From a virus: 39,311 nt of DNA. Below, in pieces: positions 25,784 through 33,802 of this stretch (positions are counted from its first letter, which is position 1; each line of letters begins with the position of its first letter). The DNA lies in IMG/VR virus record IMGVR_UViG_3300029713_000019, one strand, 5' to 3'. The notes beneath the pieces are model-generated. The model saw nothing but the letters and a program-made list of their open reading frames with translations, did no database searches and was not told where the DNA came from. A program made the position numbers and the translations under genes.

Positions 25784-26485
25784 ATGAAAGATGATATTTT
25801 CTTAAATGATAGATCATGTATCAAGATGGGGCTTCTTCCAGTGAAGCCTCCTGTTATCCCTACTCCTAAAAAAAGATATAACGAGGTATCGATTCCTGGG
25901 CGAGATGGTGTATTTTATGAAGATCTTGGAACATATGATGATATAACGTTACCTGTAGAATTCAATTTTTGCTCCAAAGATAAAACAGTCGATCAAAGAT
26001 TCAGATATTACAGGAATGTATTGTTTAAAGCTAAGGAATTAATGCGAAGCAGTGATCCAGATATGTTCTTTAAAATCAAGAAGATCGATATTGGAGATCT
26101 TGATCGAGGGACATCAGATACGATAGGAACATTTCAATGCGATTTTACGCTAGATCCTTATGCATATCTGCGTTCAGGAAAGGAAAAGCTAAGTCTTTCA
26201 AGAGTTCTGTATAATCCATATGCATTATGCCATCCAACCTATTATTTGACCGGTGAAGGAAACTGCGAAATCAAGGTGAATGGCATCATAGCTGCATGTA
26301 ATGTAACAGGAACTGTGATCATTGATACAGATCTTCAGCTGTGTTATCGAGAGGATGGATCATTGATTAATACAGAACTATCTAGTAATTACGATGATAT
26401 GTATTTGTTGCCTGGAAAAAATGGAATAGAAGTATCGGACGGATTCGATATCCAAATCGTACCAAACTGGAGGACCGCAGCATGA
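25784..26485 (+). CDS. distal tail protein (Dit)
   Basis: 233 aa directly after the tape measure gene; N-terminal pattern IPGRDG typical of siphovirus Dit proteins. Confidence 0.6.
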   Translation: MKDDIFLNDRSCIKMGLLPVKPPVIPTPKKRYNEVSIPGRDGVFYEDLGTYDDITLPVEFNFCSKDKTVDQRFRYYRNVLFKAKELMRSSDPDMFFKIKKIDIGDLDRGTSDTIGTFQCDFTLDPYAYLRSGKEKLSLSRVLYNPYALCHPTYYLTGEGNCEIKVNGIIAACNVTGTVIIDTDLQLCYREDGSLINTELSSNYDDMYLLPGKNGIEVSDGFDIQIVPNWRTAA

Positions 26486-28323
26486 TTGATATTTATTCTC
26501 CAGGAAATGATGATTTTGAAAAAAATGGCAATTGCACATTATTACCAACATCATGTATCGCACATTTTGAAATAAATGGTGAGTGGACCGTTTCATTAAT
26601 ACATCCATTGAATGAAAGATCTGATTATATCGAAAGAGATGCGATCATCCGTGTACCGACACCATACGGAAAGCTTCTGTATCAGATCAAGAAATATAAC
26701 AAATCTGATTATGATATACAGGTGACTGCATATCCTATCTTTTTAAGAGTCAAAGGTTTGGCTCCTTTTTTATGGGATCGAAGAGCTGTGAACTGCAATG
26801 GCCAGCAAGCTTTGGATATTATCCTGGAAGGTTCATCTTTTATTGGTGAGTCGAATATTTCAAAGATATCTACCGCTTATTTTGAACAGATGAATGTGAT
26901 CCAGGCCATCAATGGCGATGTAGATAATTCATTTATCAATCGATGGGGTGGCGAGATCGCCTGGCTGAACAATAAAATATTGATCAATGATAGGCTTGGT
27001 TCAGAAAACCGGTTTCGTGCAGAATTTGGATACAATCTAAATGGTGTTGAGGAAGACTTCGATGAATCCGAGGTCATCACTCGAATTTATCCAAAATCGT
27101 ATAACGGGTATATGCTGCCTGACAATGAATCCATCGATAGTCCATATATAGATAGATATTCAGAACCACATCCTCAAATCGTTGAGTATTCTGATATCAA
27201 ACTAAGGGCCGATGCTTCTGAAGATGATAAAGAAAATGGAATCATCGTATGCGATACGTTGGATGATCTATATGATGCTTTGCGCGAAGCAGCTAGAAAT
27301 GACTTTGAAAATGGCTGTGATCTTCCAAAAATAACATATACGGTATCTTTGGTGGATCTATCAAGACTGGATTCATATAAAGAATTCAAAGATCTGGTAA
27401 CGATCAATCTTGGTGATTCTGGAAAGATCCGTCATAAAAAAATGAAGATTGAGACCAGTCAAAGGGTAATCTCGATGGATTATGACTGCATCTTGGAAAA
27501 AATTGACAGTATGACATTAGGAAGCGATACAGCTTCCTTTTTTGACAGGGTAGGTACAGTAACAAGTTCTGTCACTAAAGTTGTTGATACTAAGAACAAT
27601 ACCATCATTGCAGAAAAGATACAGGGCATCATCAATGCAGCTAAAGCGAATTTGAAAGCTCAAAAAGACGTGGCACATAAACAGGATGTAAGAGCCATGT
27701 TATTTGAAGATCTTGACCCAGATAGTCCTACATATGGTGCGATGTGCGCAGGAACACAGGGAATCCAGATTTCAAAGAAGAGAAATGAGACGGATACGGA
27801 CTGGGTATGGGGTACCGCCATCGATTTTGAATCTGTTATAGCAGATTACATCATTACCGGTATCTTATCTGATAAGACAGGTAATTTTTATTTGAACCTG
27901 GATACAGGAGAACTGGTCATGAATGATGGAACGTTCAAGGGAAACCTTGAAACGAACAAATCTATCAAGATTGGTGAGTATTTGATATTAGCAAATGAGA
28001 TGAATAACTATGGAAATGGTAACGAAGGGGTTATTTATGTCGGAAAGGATCATTCAGATGCTTATATCTTGATGAGAGAATCAAAAGATTTTCCTACAGC
28101 TGGCCAGATTCAAAAACGTATATCTTTGATTGCAGGGAAAGCTTCAGTTTCAATTATTGATGATTCTGTGACAGGTGTTAGTGTCGAAATAGATGCAGAC
28201 GGTACCGCTTTTAGCATCAAAAATGATGGTATTTATGCCAATGGTTCTAAAGGAATCAGTGGAACGGTTCGAGTAGAAAATTCATTAACCACCGTGAATG
28301 GATTGGTTACAGGAGCCAGCTGA
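26482..28323 (+). CDS. tail-associated lysin/Tal-like baseplate hub protein
   Basis: 613 aa following Dit; synteny. Confidence 0.55.
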   Translation: MIDIYSPGNDDFEKNGNCTLLPTSCIAHFEINGEWTVSLIHPLNERSDYIERDAIIRVPTPYGKLLYQIKKYNKSDYDIQVTAYPIFLRVKGLAPFLWDRRAVNCNGQQALDIILEGSSFIGESNISKISTAYFEQMNVIQAINGDVDNSFINRWGGEIAWLNNKILINDRLGSENRFRAEFGYNLNGVEEDFDESEVITRIYPKSYNGYMLPDNESIDSPYIDRYSEPHPQIVEYSDIKLRADASEDDKENGIIVCDTLDDLYDALREAARNDFENGCDLPKITYTVSLVDLSRLDSYKEFKDLVTINLGDSGKIRHKKMKIETSQRVISMDYDCILEKIDSMTLGSDTASFFDRVGTVTSSVTKVVDTKNNTIIAEKIQGIINAAKANLKAQKDVAHKQDVRAMLFEDLDPDSPTYGAMCAGTQGIQISKKRNETDTDWVWGTAIDFESVIADYIITGILSDKTGNFYLNLDTGELVMNDGTFKGNLETNKSIKIGEYLILANEMNNYGNGNEGVIYVGKDHSDAYILMRESKDFPTAGQIQKRISLIAGKASVSIIDDSVTGVSVEIDADGTAFSIKNDGIYANGSKGISGTVRVENSLTTVNGLVTGAS

Positions 28324-28823
28324 TGGCACAGTCATTTCAAACGTTCGTAGATACATACAACGGGACCGGTCATGATGTTGACGGATATTACGGTGCTCAG
28401 TGTTGGGATGGGTATGCTTACTATGATCAATGGCTAGGGTACAATCCGATTCATTGTACTGCGACCGGAGGAGCCCGTGATTTATGGGAGCAGAGGAATA
28501 GTAATGGAATTCTGAACAATCATGATATTGTGACAGGTAATCCTCAAAACGGTGATATTGGAGTATGGACCAATGCATACGGTGGAGGATATGGTCATGT
28601 TGCTATGTATTACAACGGTCAATGGATGGGGCAGAATCAAGGAGGTGCTGCTTATCCAGGTGGTGGTGCGGTATTTAACATCGTTTCTCTATCTTGGCCA
28701 GACGGTGGATTGTTGCGACCGAAATGCTACTCAGGAGGTTCTGGAGGAACTAAAAAAGTGTTAGAGCTCGATCTTAAAAACGGAATTGTAATTGGAGCTC
28801 GATGGGTTGAAGTAGAAATATAG
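28323..28823 (+). CDS. tail-associated CHAP-domain peptidoglycan hydrolase
   Basis: CHAP motifs YYGAQCWDG (Cys) and GHVAMY (His); closely similar to the N-terminal domain of the endolysin at 36005. Confidence 0.65.
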   Translation: MAQSFQTFVDTYNGTGHDVDGYYGAQCWDGYAYYDQWLGYNPIHCTATGGARDLWEQRNSNGILNNHDIVTGNPQNGDIGVWTNAYGGGYGHVAMYYNGQWMGQNQGGAAYPGGGAVFNIVSLSWPDGGLLRPKCYSGGSGGTKKVLELDLKNGIVIGARWVEVEI

Positions 28824-28832
28824 GAGGATATC

Positions 28833-29507
28833 ATGAAATATATATCTTTAAACAAAAAAGACATCACTCATGTGATCGACTCCATGCAGTACGATACAAA
28901 TCGCAATGCTGAATTTTTGATCGAAGAGGATGTACAGGATAAATATTGTAAATATGAAATAGAGACATCAACTGGCAAGGAAGTTCAGGGAGACTGCAAT
29001 GTATCAGAAGATAATGTGGTCTCTTTTTTTATACCTGAAAACATCACTGCAAAACCAGGTAACTACAAGGGACAATTAATCGTTAAAGAAACGAGTGAAT
29101 CATCCGATCGATTAGGTAGCTTCCCATTTTTAATCAGCGTAACAGAAGCACCGCATCAAAGTGATGATCCATATGAAGTCGCATTGTCTGAAGTACGACA
29201 AGCAACGCAAGAGTGTATCGCAGCAACAAATGAACTTGAATCGATAAAGACTGCAGCCGAAGATGCGACAAGTGCTGCAAATAGTGCTGCTAGTGCTGCA
29301 AACAGTGCAGCAGATCAATGGAATGAGATGAAACCTGATATCGATAGCAAGATGCAAGAAATGAATAACATCATCAATCGATTTGGAGATATAAATCCAG
29401 AAGATTTGGTGACTCCTCAAGAATTACAAACAGCAATCAACGAGGTAAAACAATTGATCAATGAAATGAAACTAGGATCAACCGATGTCATGGTTGAAGA
29501 GGAATAA
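28833..29507 (+). CDS. baseplate/tail fibre-associated protein
   Basis: 224 aa with AANSAASAANSAA coiled-coil segment; synteny. Confidence 0.4.
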   Translation: MKYISLNKKDITHVIDSMQYDTNRNAEFLIEEDVQDKYCKYEIETSTGKEVQGDCNVSEDNVVSFFIPENITAKPGNYKGQLIVKETSESSDRLGSFPFLISVTEAPHQSDDPYEVALSEVRQATQECIAATNELESIKTAAEDATSAANSAASAANSAADQWNEMKPDIDSKMQEMNNIINRFGDINPEDLVTPQELQTAINEVKQLINEMKLGSTDVMVEEE

Positions 29508-29509
29508 AT

Positions 29510-30937
29510 ATGGATATTAAAGTATATAATGACCGTCGCGTAAGACCTACGTTTATTACTGTGGCTAATCAACATGAGAATATGACAAGGACAATTGATT
29601 TTGATTTTATTGATTGTATGCAAGGGCATCGGTATTTGATATTGACAATAGATGGAAAATCAACCCCTTTTTTAATATTAGGAGACAAATTGAACATCAC
29701 ATCTGTAATAAGTCAGAATAACGTTAAATATCTCGCAAATATTGTTATTTCGGATAAAGAGATAACAGATCGTATCGATCCAGATAACATTCTTTTTATT
29801 TCAGATACATTTTATATAAAAATTCAAGGGAATGATATCAATGTGAAGGAAATTTCTGAGTTTCCGATACCACCAGAATTACAACTTCCATATGATGAAT
29901 TACTTGATCTTATCGAGGAAATTGATCATAAACTATCTGATGGAGAATTTAATGGAAAATCAGCATATGAAATAGCAGTTGAAAACGGATTTGAAGGAAC
30001 AGAGGAAGAATGGTTAGAAAGCCTTAGATATGACCATTCAGACGAATTCGAAAAACTAGCAGAGCAAGTGAAACAAGACGCTCAATCGTCGGCGGAAAAT
30101 GCCTCGAAAGCGGAACAAGCCATGACCCAAGCAAATCAAACCGCACAAGCCAATCTGGAGGCTATACAAAGCGCTAGCAAAACCGCGCAAAGCGATATCA
30201 GTACAGCCAAACAGGACGCGGTAAATGCGGTAGAACAGGCTCAGAAAGATGCGGAACAGTCTATAGCTACAAAGCACAGTGAAGCCGTACAAGCGGTAGA
30301 ACAAGCACAAAGCACAGCTGAAACCGCAATCAACGCGAAACAAGCTGAATCTGTAAATGCGGTAGAAACAGCTAAAGAGGAAGCGACAAAGGCAATCGAA
30401 ACGGGAAAAGCCGAAGCCGTGGAAGCTATAACGACCGCTAAAGATGAAGCAATAGAGGAAATCGAAAACACGGGTGTACCGCTTGAAGATATTGAGAAGT
30501 TAGCGATAAAGGAAACCGCCGAGGGCAATCCAACGATTATCAACGATAGCGCAGACTGGCGATTGCAGAATTTAAATGTGTACGGTCAAAGTGAACAAGC
30601 AAGTACAACAGGGGCTCAATTATTAGATTCTAGTTTATTTGAATCGAATGATATCACTAAAAACGGTATTCGTTTTGTTAAAAATTCGGATGGAAGTATT
30701 TCAGTCAGTGGTACATCAACAGGATTTTCAACGTACAATCTTGGTTTAAATCGATTAGAAAACGGTACTTATTTCATAAATGGTTCAAAAAATAATACCT
30801 ATGTTTATATGTATATTAAAAAAACAAATGGTGAAAGCTATATTGAAAATAATTCTTTTACTATTGATGGTACAGAAACTTTAATTACAGTTTATATACA
30901 AATAAACCCTGAAATGCTATTATTTATCCAATGTTAA
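29510..30937 (+). CDS. tail fibre protein with Ala/Glu/Gln-rich coiled-coil repeat region
   Basis: About 22-aa periodic repeats (AVEQAQ.., AVQAVEQAQ.., NAVETAK..) encoded by a locally GC-rich segment (about 30060-30540). Confidence 0.5.
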   Translation: MDIKVYNDRRVRPTFITVANQHENMTRTIDFDFIDCMQGHRYLILTIDGKSTPFLILGDKLNITSVISQNNVKYLANIVISDKEITDRIDPDNILFISDTFYIKIQGNDINVKEISEFPIPPELQLPYDELLDLIEEIDHKLSDGEFNGKSAYEIAVENGFEGTEEEWLESLRYDHSDEFEKLAEQVKQDAQSSAENASKAEQAMTQANQTAQANLEAIQSASKTAQSDISTAKQDAVNAVEQAQKDAEQSIATKHSEAVQAVEQAQSTAETAINAKQAESVNAVETAKEEATKAIETGKAEAVEAITTAKDEAIEEIENTGVPLEDIEKLAIKETAEGNPTIINDSADWRLQNLNVYGQSEQASTTGAQLLDSSLFESNDITKNGIRFVKNSDGSISVSGTSTGFSTYNLGLNRLENGTYFINGSKNNTYVYMYIKKTNGESYIENNSFTIDGTETLITVYIQINPEMLLFIQC

Positions 30938-32016
30938 ATTTAGGAAATACAGCTAAACCTTTTGAACCATACACAGGCGGTAAACCTTCCCCTAGTCCTG
31001 ACTATGAACAAGAAATAATTTCAAAAGAAGTAAGTGAGATTAAGTTTACTGGTAAGAATTTATTCAATGTGGAATGGATAAAAGGTTTGAATACGTATGA
31101 AAATCAAAGTAAAAATGTAGCACGTTTGCCAAAAGGTAAATACACTTTAAAGGTTCATGGGTTAACGGAAGCTGACCTAAAAAGTGGTTCTTATTTTGCA
31201 ATTAGAATAAAGGTTGGAGATACATATACAAATACATATTGGATAATGCATCCAGGCACTCCAAATACTAAATGCTTAACAGGACTTAAATTCGATATCG
31301 TTAACGATTTTGAGATTAATTTGTATATCTATAATAACACAGAAGAACAGCTTCAATACGCATATGATACTTTAAATGGGCATATACAAATAAATAATGG
31401 TTATGAAGAATCCCAATTTGAACCATACAAAGAGCAAGTCGTCAATCTAACTTCGCCAATTACTTTACGAGGCATTCCAGTAGATAATGGTGGAAATGTA
31501 ACAATAGACAGACAACAGTATGTAGCTGATGTAATCACAGAAAAGGACGGAGTTATTGGGGTTGTAAGGAATGCAGAAAGCTTTAGTTTATTGATTAAAG
31601 ACATGAATAACAACGATAGTTATCCAGGTTGGAAAGGCTTAGACATTGTTGAGAAAATTCTTCCACCGCAAGCTAATGATACACAAATTCCTACTTGTTT
31701 ATGCACTATTCAAAGTCGAGTGATTTATGCTCGCCGAGATTTCAAGACTATATATTTCACGTATGATGAGCTTGGAAAAAATCAAACAGAATTGAAAGAA
31801 CAATATCCTGATTTGAGTGTCAATTTTATAGCCATAAATTATCAACCAACCTTTGAACCACTACCAGAAGCCGACCAAGAAGCAATCAGAAAGCTAAAAA
31901 CATTCTATCCAAATACTGTGATAGACGCTAATTGCTTTACGAAGATAAAATATGTAGCAGATACAAAGTTATATATTGATAAAAAAGTACTAGATGCTAT
32001 ACAGGAGGTTATATGA
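30931..32016 (+). CDS. tail fibre / receptor-binding protein
   Basis: 361 aa, beta-rich; overlaps neighbours by a few nt. Confidence 0.45.
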   Translation: MLNLGNTAKPFEPYTGGKPSPSPDYEQEIISKEVSEIKFTGKNLFNVEWIKGLNTYENQSKNVARLPKGKYTLKVHGLTEADLKSGSYFAIRIKVGDTYTNTYWIMHPGTPNTKCLTGLKFDIVNDFEINLYIYNNTEEQLQYAYDTLNGHIQINNGYEESQFEPYKEQVVNLTSPITLRGIPVDNGGNVTIDRQQYVADVITEKDGVIGVVRNAESFSLLIKDMNNNDSYPGWKGLDIVEKILPPQANDTQIPTCLCTIQSRVIYARRDFKTIYFTYDELGKNQTELKEQYPDLSVNFIAINYQPTFEPLPEADQEAIRKLKTFYPNTVIDANCFTKIKYVADTKLYIDKKVLDAIQEVI

Positions 32017-32453
32017 GTTTATTCAAATTTAAGTCAAGAGGAAAAATAAGACAAATGGTCGACCTGGTATATCCGGTCGGCTCTATTTATATTAGCACTG
32101 CTGCGACGAATCCAGGAACCTTGTTTGGTGGTACTTGGGAAGCGTTTGCACCTGGTCGAGTTTTGATCGGTGCCGGTCAAGGAGATGACGGTACTACAAG
32201 TATGTCTTTTACTGCTCTGGGAGAGTATGGTAACTATCAACATAAATTAACGATAGATGAGTTAGCTAGGCACAAACATAATTACGCTCCTTCATGGGTT
32301 ACTCAAAGTCAATCAAATACAGGCATATTTGGTATGGCAGGAAGTGACGAAAATTATACCTACGGTGGGGGTGTTGAATATGTAGGAGAAAACACTCCAT
32401 TTGATATCATTCAGCCTAGTATATGTGTGTTTATGTGGAAACGCATATCTTAG
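32013..32453 (+). CDS. receptor-binding tip protein with invertible C-terminus: 63-aa constant region fused in frame to MSFT cassette 1
   Basis: Constant N-terminus (PVGSIYISTAATNPGTLFGGTWE) up to codon 63; codon 64 onward (MSFTALGEYGNY...IQPSICVFMWKRIS) begins exactly at the 13-bp repeat TATGTCTTTTACT (32201-32213), which recurs at the start of five downstream promoterless cassettes. Confidence 0.6.
   Translation: MSLFKFKSRGKIRQMVDLVYPVGSIYISTAATNPGTLFGGTWEAFAPGRVLIGAGQGDDGTTSMSFTALGEYGNYQHKLTIDELARHKHNYAPSWVTQSQSNTGIFGMAGSDENYTYGGGVEYVGENTPFDIIQPSICVFMWKRIS
32201..32213 (+). repeat. shufflon crossover repeat 1 (TATGTCTTTTACT), inside the expressed gene
   Basis: 13-bp core shared by six sites; flanking 25-30 bp also similar because of the conserved MSFT(A/S)LG(E/T)YG coding. 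Confidence 0.7.
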
Positions 32454-32459
32454 TTTATG

Positions 32460-32472
32460 TATGTCTTTTACT
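32460..32472 (+). repeat. shufflon crossover repeat 2 (TATGTCTTTTACT)
   Basis: Identical to repeat 1 core. Confidence 0.7.
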
Positions 32473-32712
32473 ACTTTGGGTACTTATGGAAAATACGATC
32501 ATATTCTAAATGTAGATGAAATGCCTAATCACGCTCATAATATACCTGCGCTTAATTATGAAGTTCAAGAACATGGTGGAAGCGGAATAGCTTCTCATAA
32601 AATAACTGAACCTGTTGATCAAATGCAACCTACATCATATGAAGGTAAAAACAAATCGTTTAGTCTAATTCAACCATCAATTGCAGTAAATATTTGGAAA
32701 CGAACAGCGTGA
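32461..32712 (+). CDS. silent alternative C-terminal cassette 2 (MSFTTLGTYGKY...IQPSIAVNIWKRTA)
   Basis: Begins at repeat TATGTCTTTTACT (32460-32472); conserved N-terminal and C-terminal motifs, variable middle with HAHN motif; no RBS of its own. Confidence 0.5.
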   Translation: MSFTTLGTYGKYDHILNVDEMPNHAHNIPALNYEVQEHGGSGIASHKITEPVDQMQPTSYEGKNKSFSLIQPSIAVNIWKRTA

Positions 32713-32718
32713 TAAAAG

Positions 32719-32731
32719 TATGTCCTTTACT
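32719..32731 (+). repeat. shufflon crossover repeat 3 (TATGTCCTTTACT)
   Basis: One mismatch to repeat 1. Confidence 0.7.
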
Positions 32732-33025
32732 TCTCTAGGAACATATGGAAAATACAAGCATCAGCATAATCCTGGAACACTTGGAGCAGACTGGAACCAT
32801 TTCGTAAGCGGCAACCGAATGTATATGGATTATCGAGAAATCAATAATGGAACAAATTATCCCGAGAACATGCGACTCTATATTGGATCATCAGATTTAC
32901 AGTCAATGAACGATCGAACTGATAATGAAACAAATGCATCTCAAATTGGGATATCTGGCAAAACTGAAAATACAGATAATATCATGCCTGGCATTGGTGT
33001 ATATATGTTTATACGAACCGCTTAG
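32720..33025 (+). CDS. silent alternative C-terminal cassette 3 (MSFTSLGTYGKY...IGVYMFIRTA)
   Basis: Begins at repeat TATGTCCTTTACT (32719-32731). Confidence 0.5.
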   Translation: MSFTSLGTYGKYKHQHNPGTLGADWNHFVSGNRMYMDYREINNGTNYPENMRLYIGSSDLQSMNDRTDNETNASQIGISGKTENTDNIMPGIGVYMFIRTA

Positions 33026-33026
33026 G

Positions 33027-33039
33027 TATGTCCTTTACT
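33027..33039 (+). repeat. shufflon crossover repeat 4 (TATGTCCTTTACT)
   Basis: Same core. Confidence 0.7.
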
Positions 33040-33291
33040 GCCAATTCTAAAGGTGGGTTATATAAGGCTCCTTTAGAAGTTGAGAACATTCCAGATCATC
33101 GCCATGACCAGTTTCAACACTATGATGGACAGGCAGATACAAGTACTTCTTACATATGTAATAGCGCTGTCTGGTCCTATGCAGCAAAAGAAAGTTATTC
33201 GACAGGAGACATAACGAACAAAGAAACAACAACACCTCACTCTAATATCCAACCTTATATTGGAGTATATATGTGGAGAAGAGTTAGTTAA
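33028..33291 (+). CDS. silent alternative C-terminal cassette 4 (MSFTANSKGGLY...IQPYIGVYMWRRVS)
   Basis: Begins at repeat TATGTCCTTTACT (33027-33039); HRHD motif. Confidence 0.5.
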   Translation: MSFTANSKGGLYKAPLEVENIPDHRHDQFQHYDGQADTSTSYICNSAVWSYAAKESYSTGDITNKETTTPHSNIQPYIGVYMWRRVS

Positions 33292-33532
33292 CTCTCTTCC
33301 ACATGTTAACAACGATATAAGGATTTTGAATGTTTATAGCATCGTTGTTACAGTTTTCTCCACCATTGGTTGTACCATAAGTGGCGTTTGTTCCTGATCC
33401 AATTTGTGATCTATCTCCAGCACCGGCAATCATTAAAGGTCCACCCATACCTGTATGTGTGTGCTGTGGCAATTGAGATTCCAATAATTTAATTAAATAA
33501 TTTCCACCTTCTGCTCCAGACGTAAAGGACAT
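33284..33532 (-). CDS. silent alternative C-terminal cassette 5, inverted orientation (MSFTSGAEGGNY...IVVNMWKRVN)
   Basis: Starts at inverted repeat (reverse complement of 33521-33533 = TATGTCCTTTACG); HTHTG motif. Confidence 0.5.
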   Translation of the reverse strand: MSFTSGAEGGNYLIKLLESQLPQHTHTGMGGPLMIAGAGDRSQIGSGTNATYGTTNGGENCNNDAINIQNPYIVVNMWKRVN

Positions 33533-33533
33533 A
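33521..33533 (-). repeat. shufflon crossover repeat 5, inverted (TATGTCCTTTACG on minus strand)
   Basis: Plus-strand CGTAAAGGACATA. Confidence 0.7.
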
Positions 33534-33540
33534 CATTAGC

Positions 33541-33801
33541 TTATGCTGTTCTTTTCCAAAAATATACAGATTTACTTGGTTGTATGTTCTCATGTGGTTC
33601 ACCATTCCCACTATCATTGGTTATATATGCATCATTAGTATTACCAACATTATTCATAATAGGCACAACATATGTAGAACCGCCCATTGATGCATTTTCT
33701 ACTTTTTTATACTGACTCGGTGTATGATGATGCTTTCCGTTTTGCTCAGATGTTAGCGAAACCTTATATTTACCATATTCACCAAGAGCTGTAAAGGACA
33801 T
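33541..33801 (-). CDS. silent alternative C-terminal cassette 6, inverted orientation (MSFTALGEYGKY...SVYFWKRTA)
   Basis: Starts at inverted repeat (reverse complement of 33790-33802 = TATGTCCTTTACA); HHHT motif; abuts the recombinase stop. Confidence 0.5.
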   Translation of the reverse strand: MSFTALGEYGKYKVSLTSEQNGKHHHTPSQYKKVENASMGGSTYVVPIMNNVGNTNDAYITNDSGNGEPHENIQPSKSVYFWKRTA

Positions 33802-33802
33802 A
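33790..33802 (-). repeat. shufflon crossover repeat 6, inverted (TATGTCCTTTACA on minus strand)
   Basis: Plus-strand TGTAAAGGACATA. Confidence 0.7.

Noticed and set aside
29510-32016. Possible frameshift fusion between fibre genes 29510..30937 and 30931..32016
   Set aside because: Only a 7-nt overlap with no slippery sequence; ordinary coupled genes
32401-32460. Track ORF start 32401 (MISFSLVYVCLCGNAYLSLC) for cassette 2
   Set aside because: This is out-of-frame read-through of the 3' end of gene 32013..32453; the cassette proper begins at the MSFT ATG at 32461, coincident with the recombination repeat
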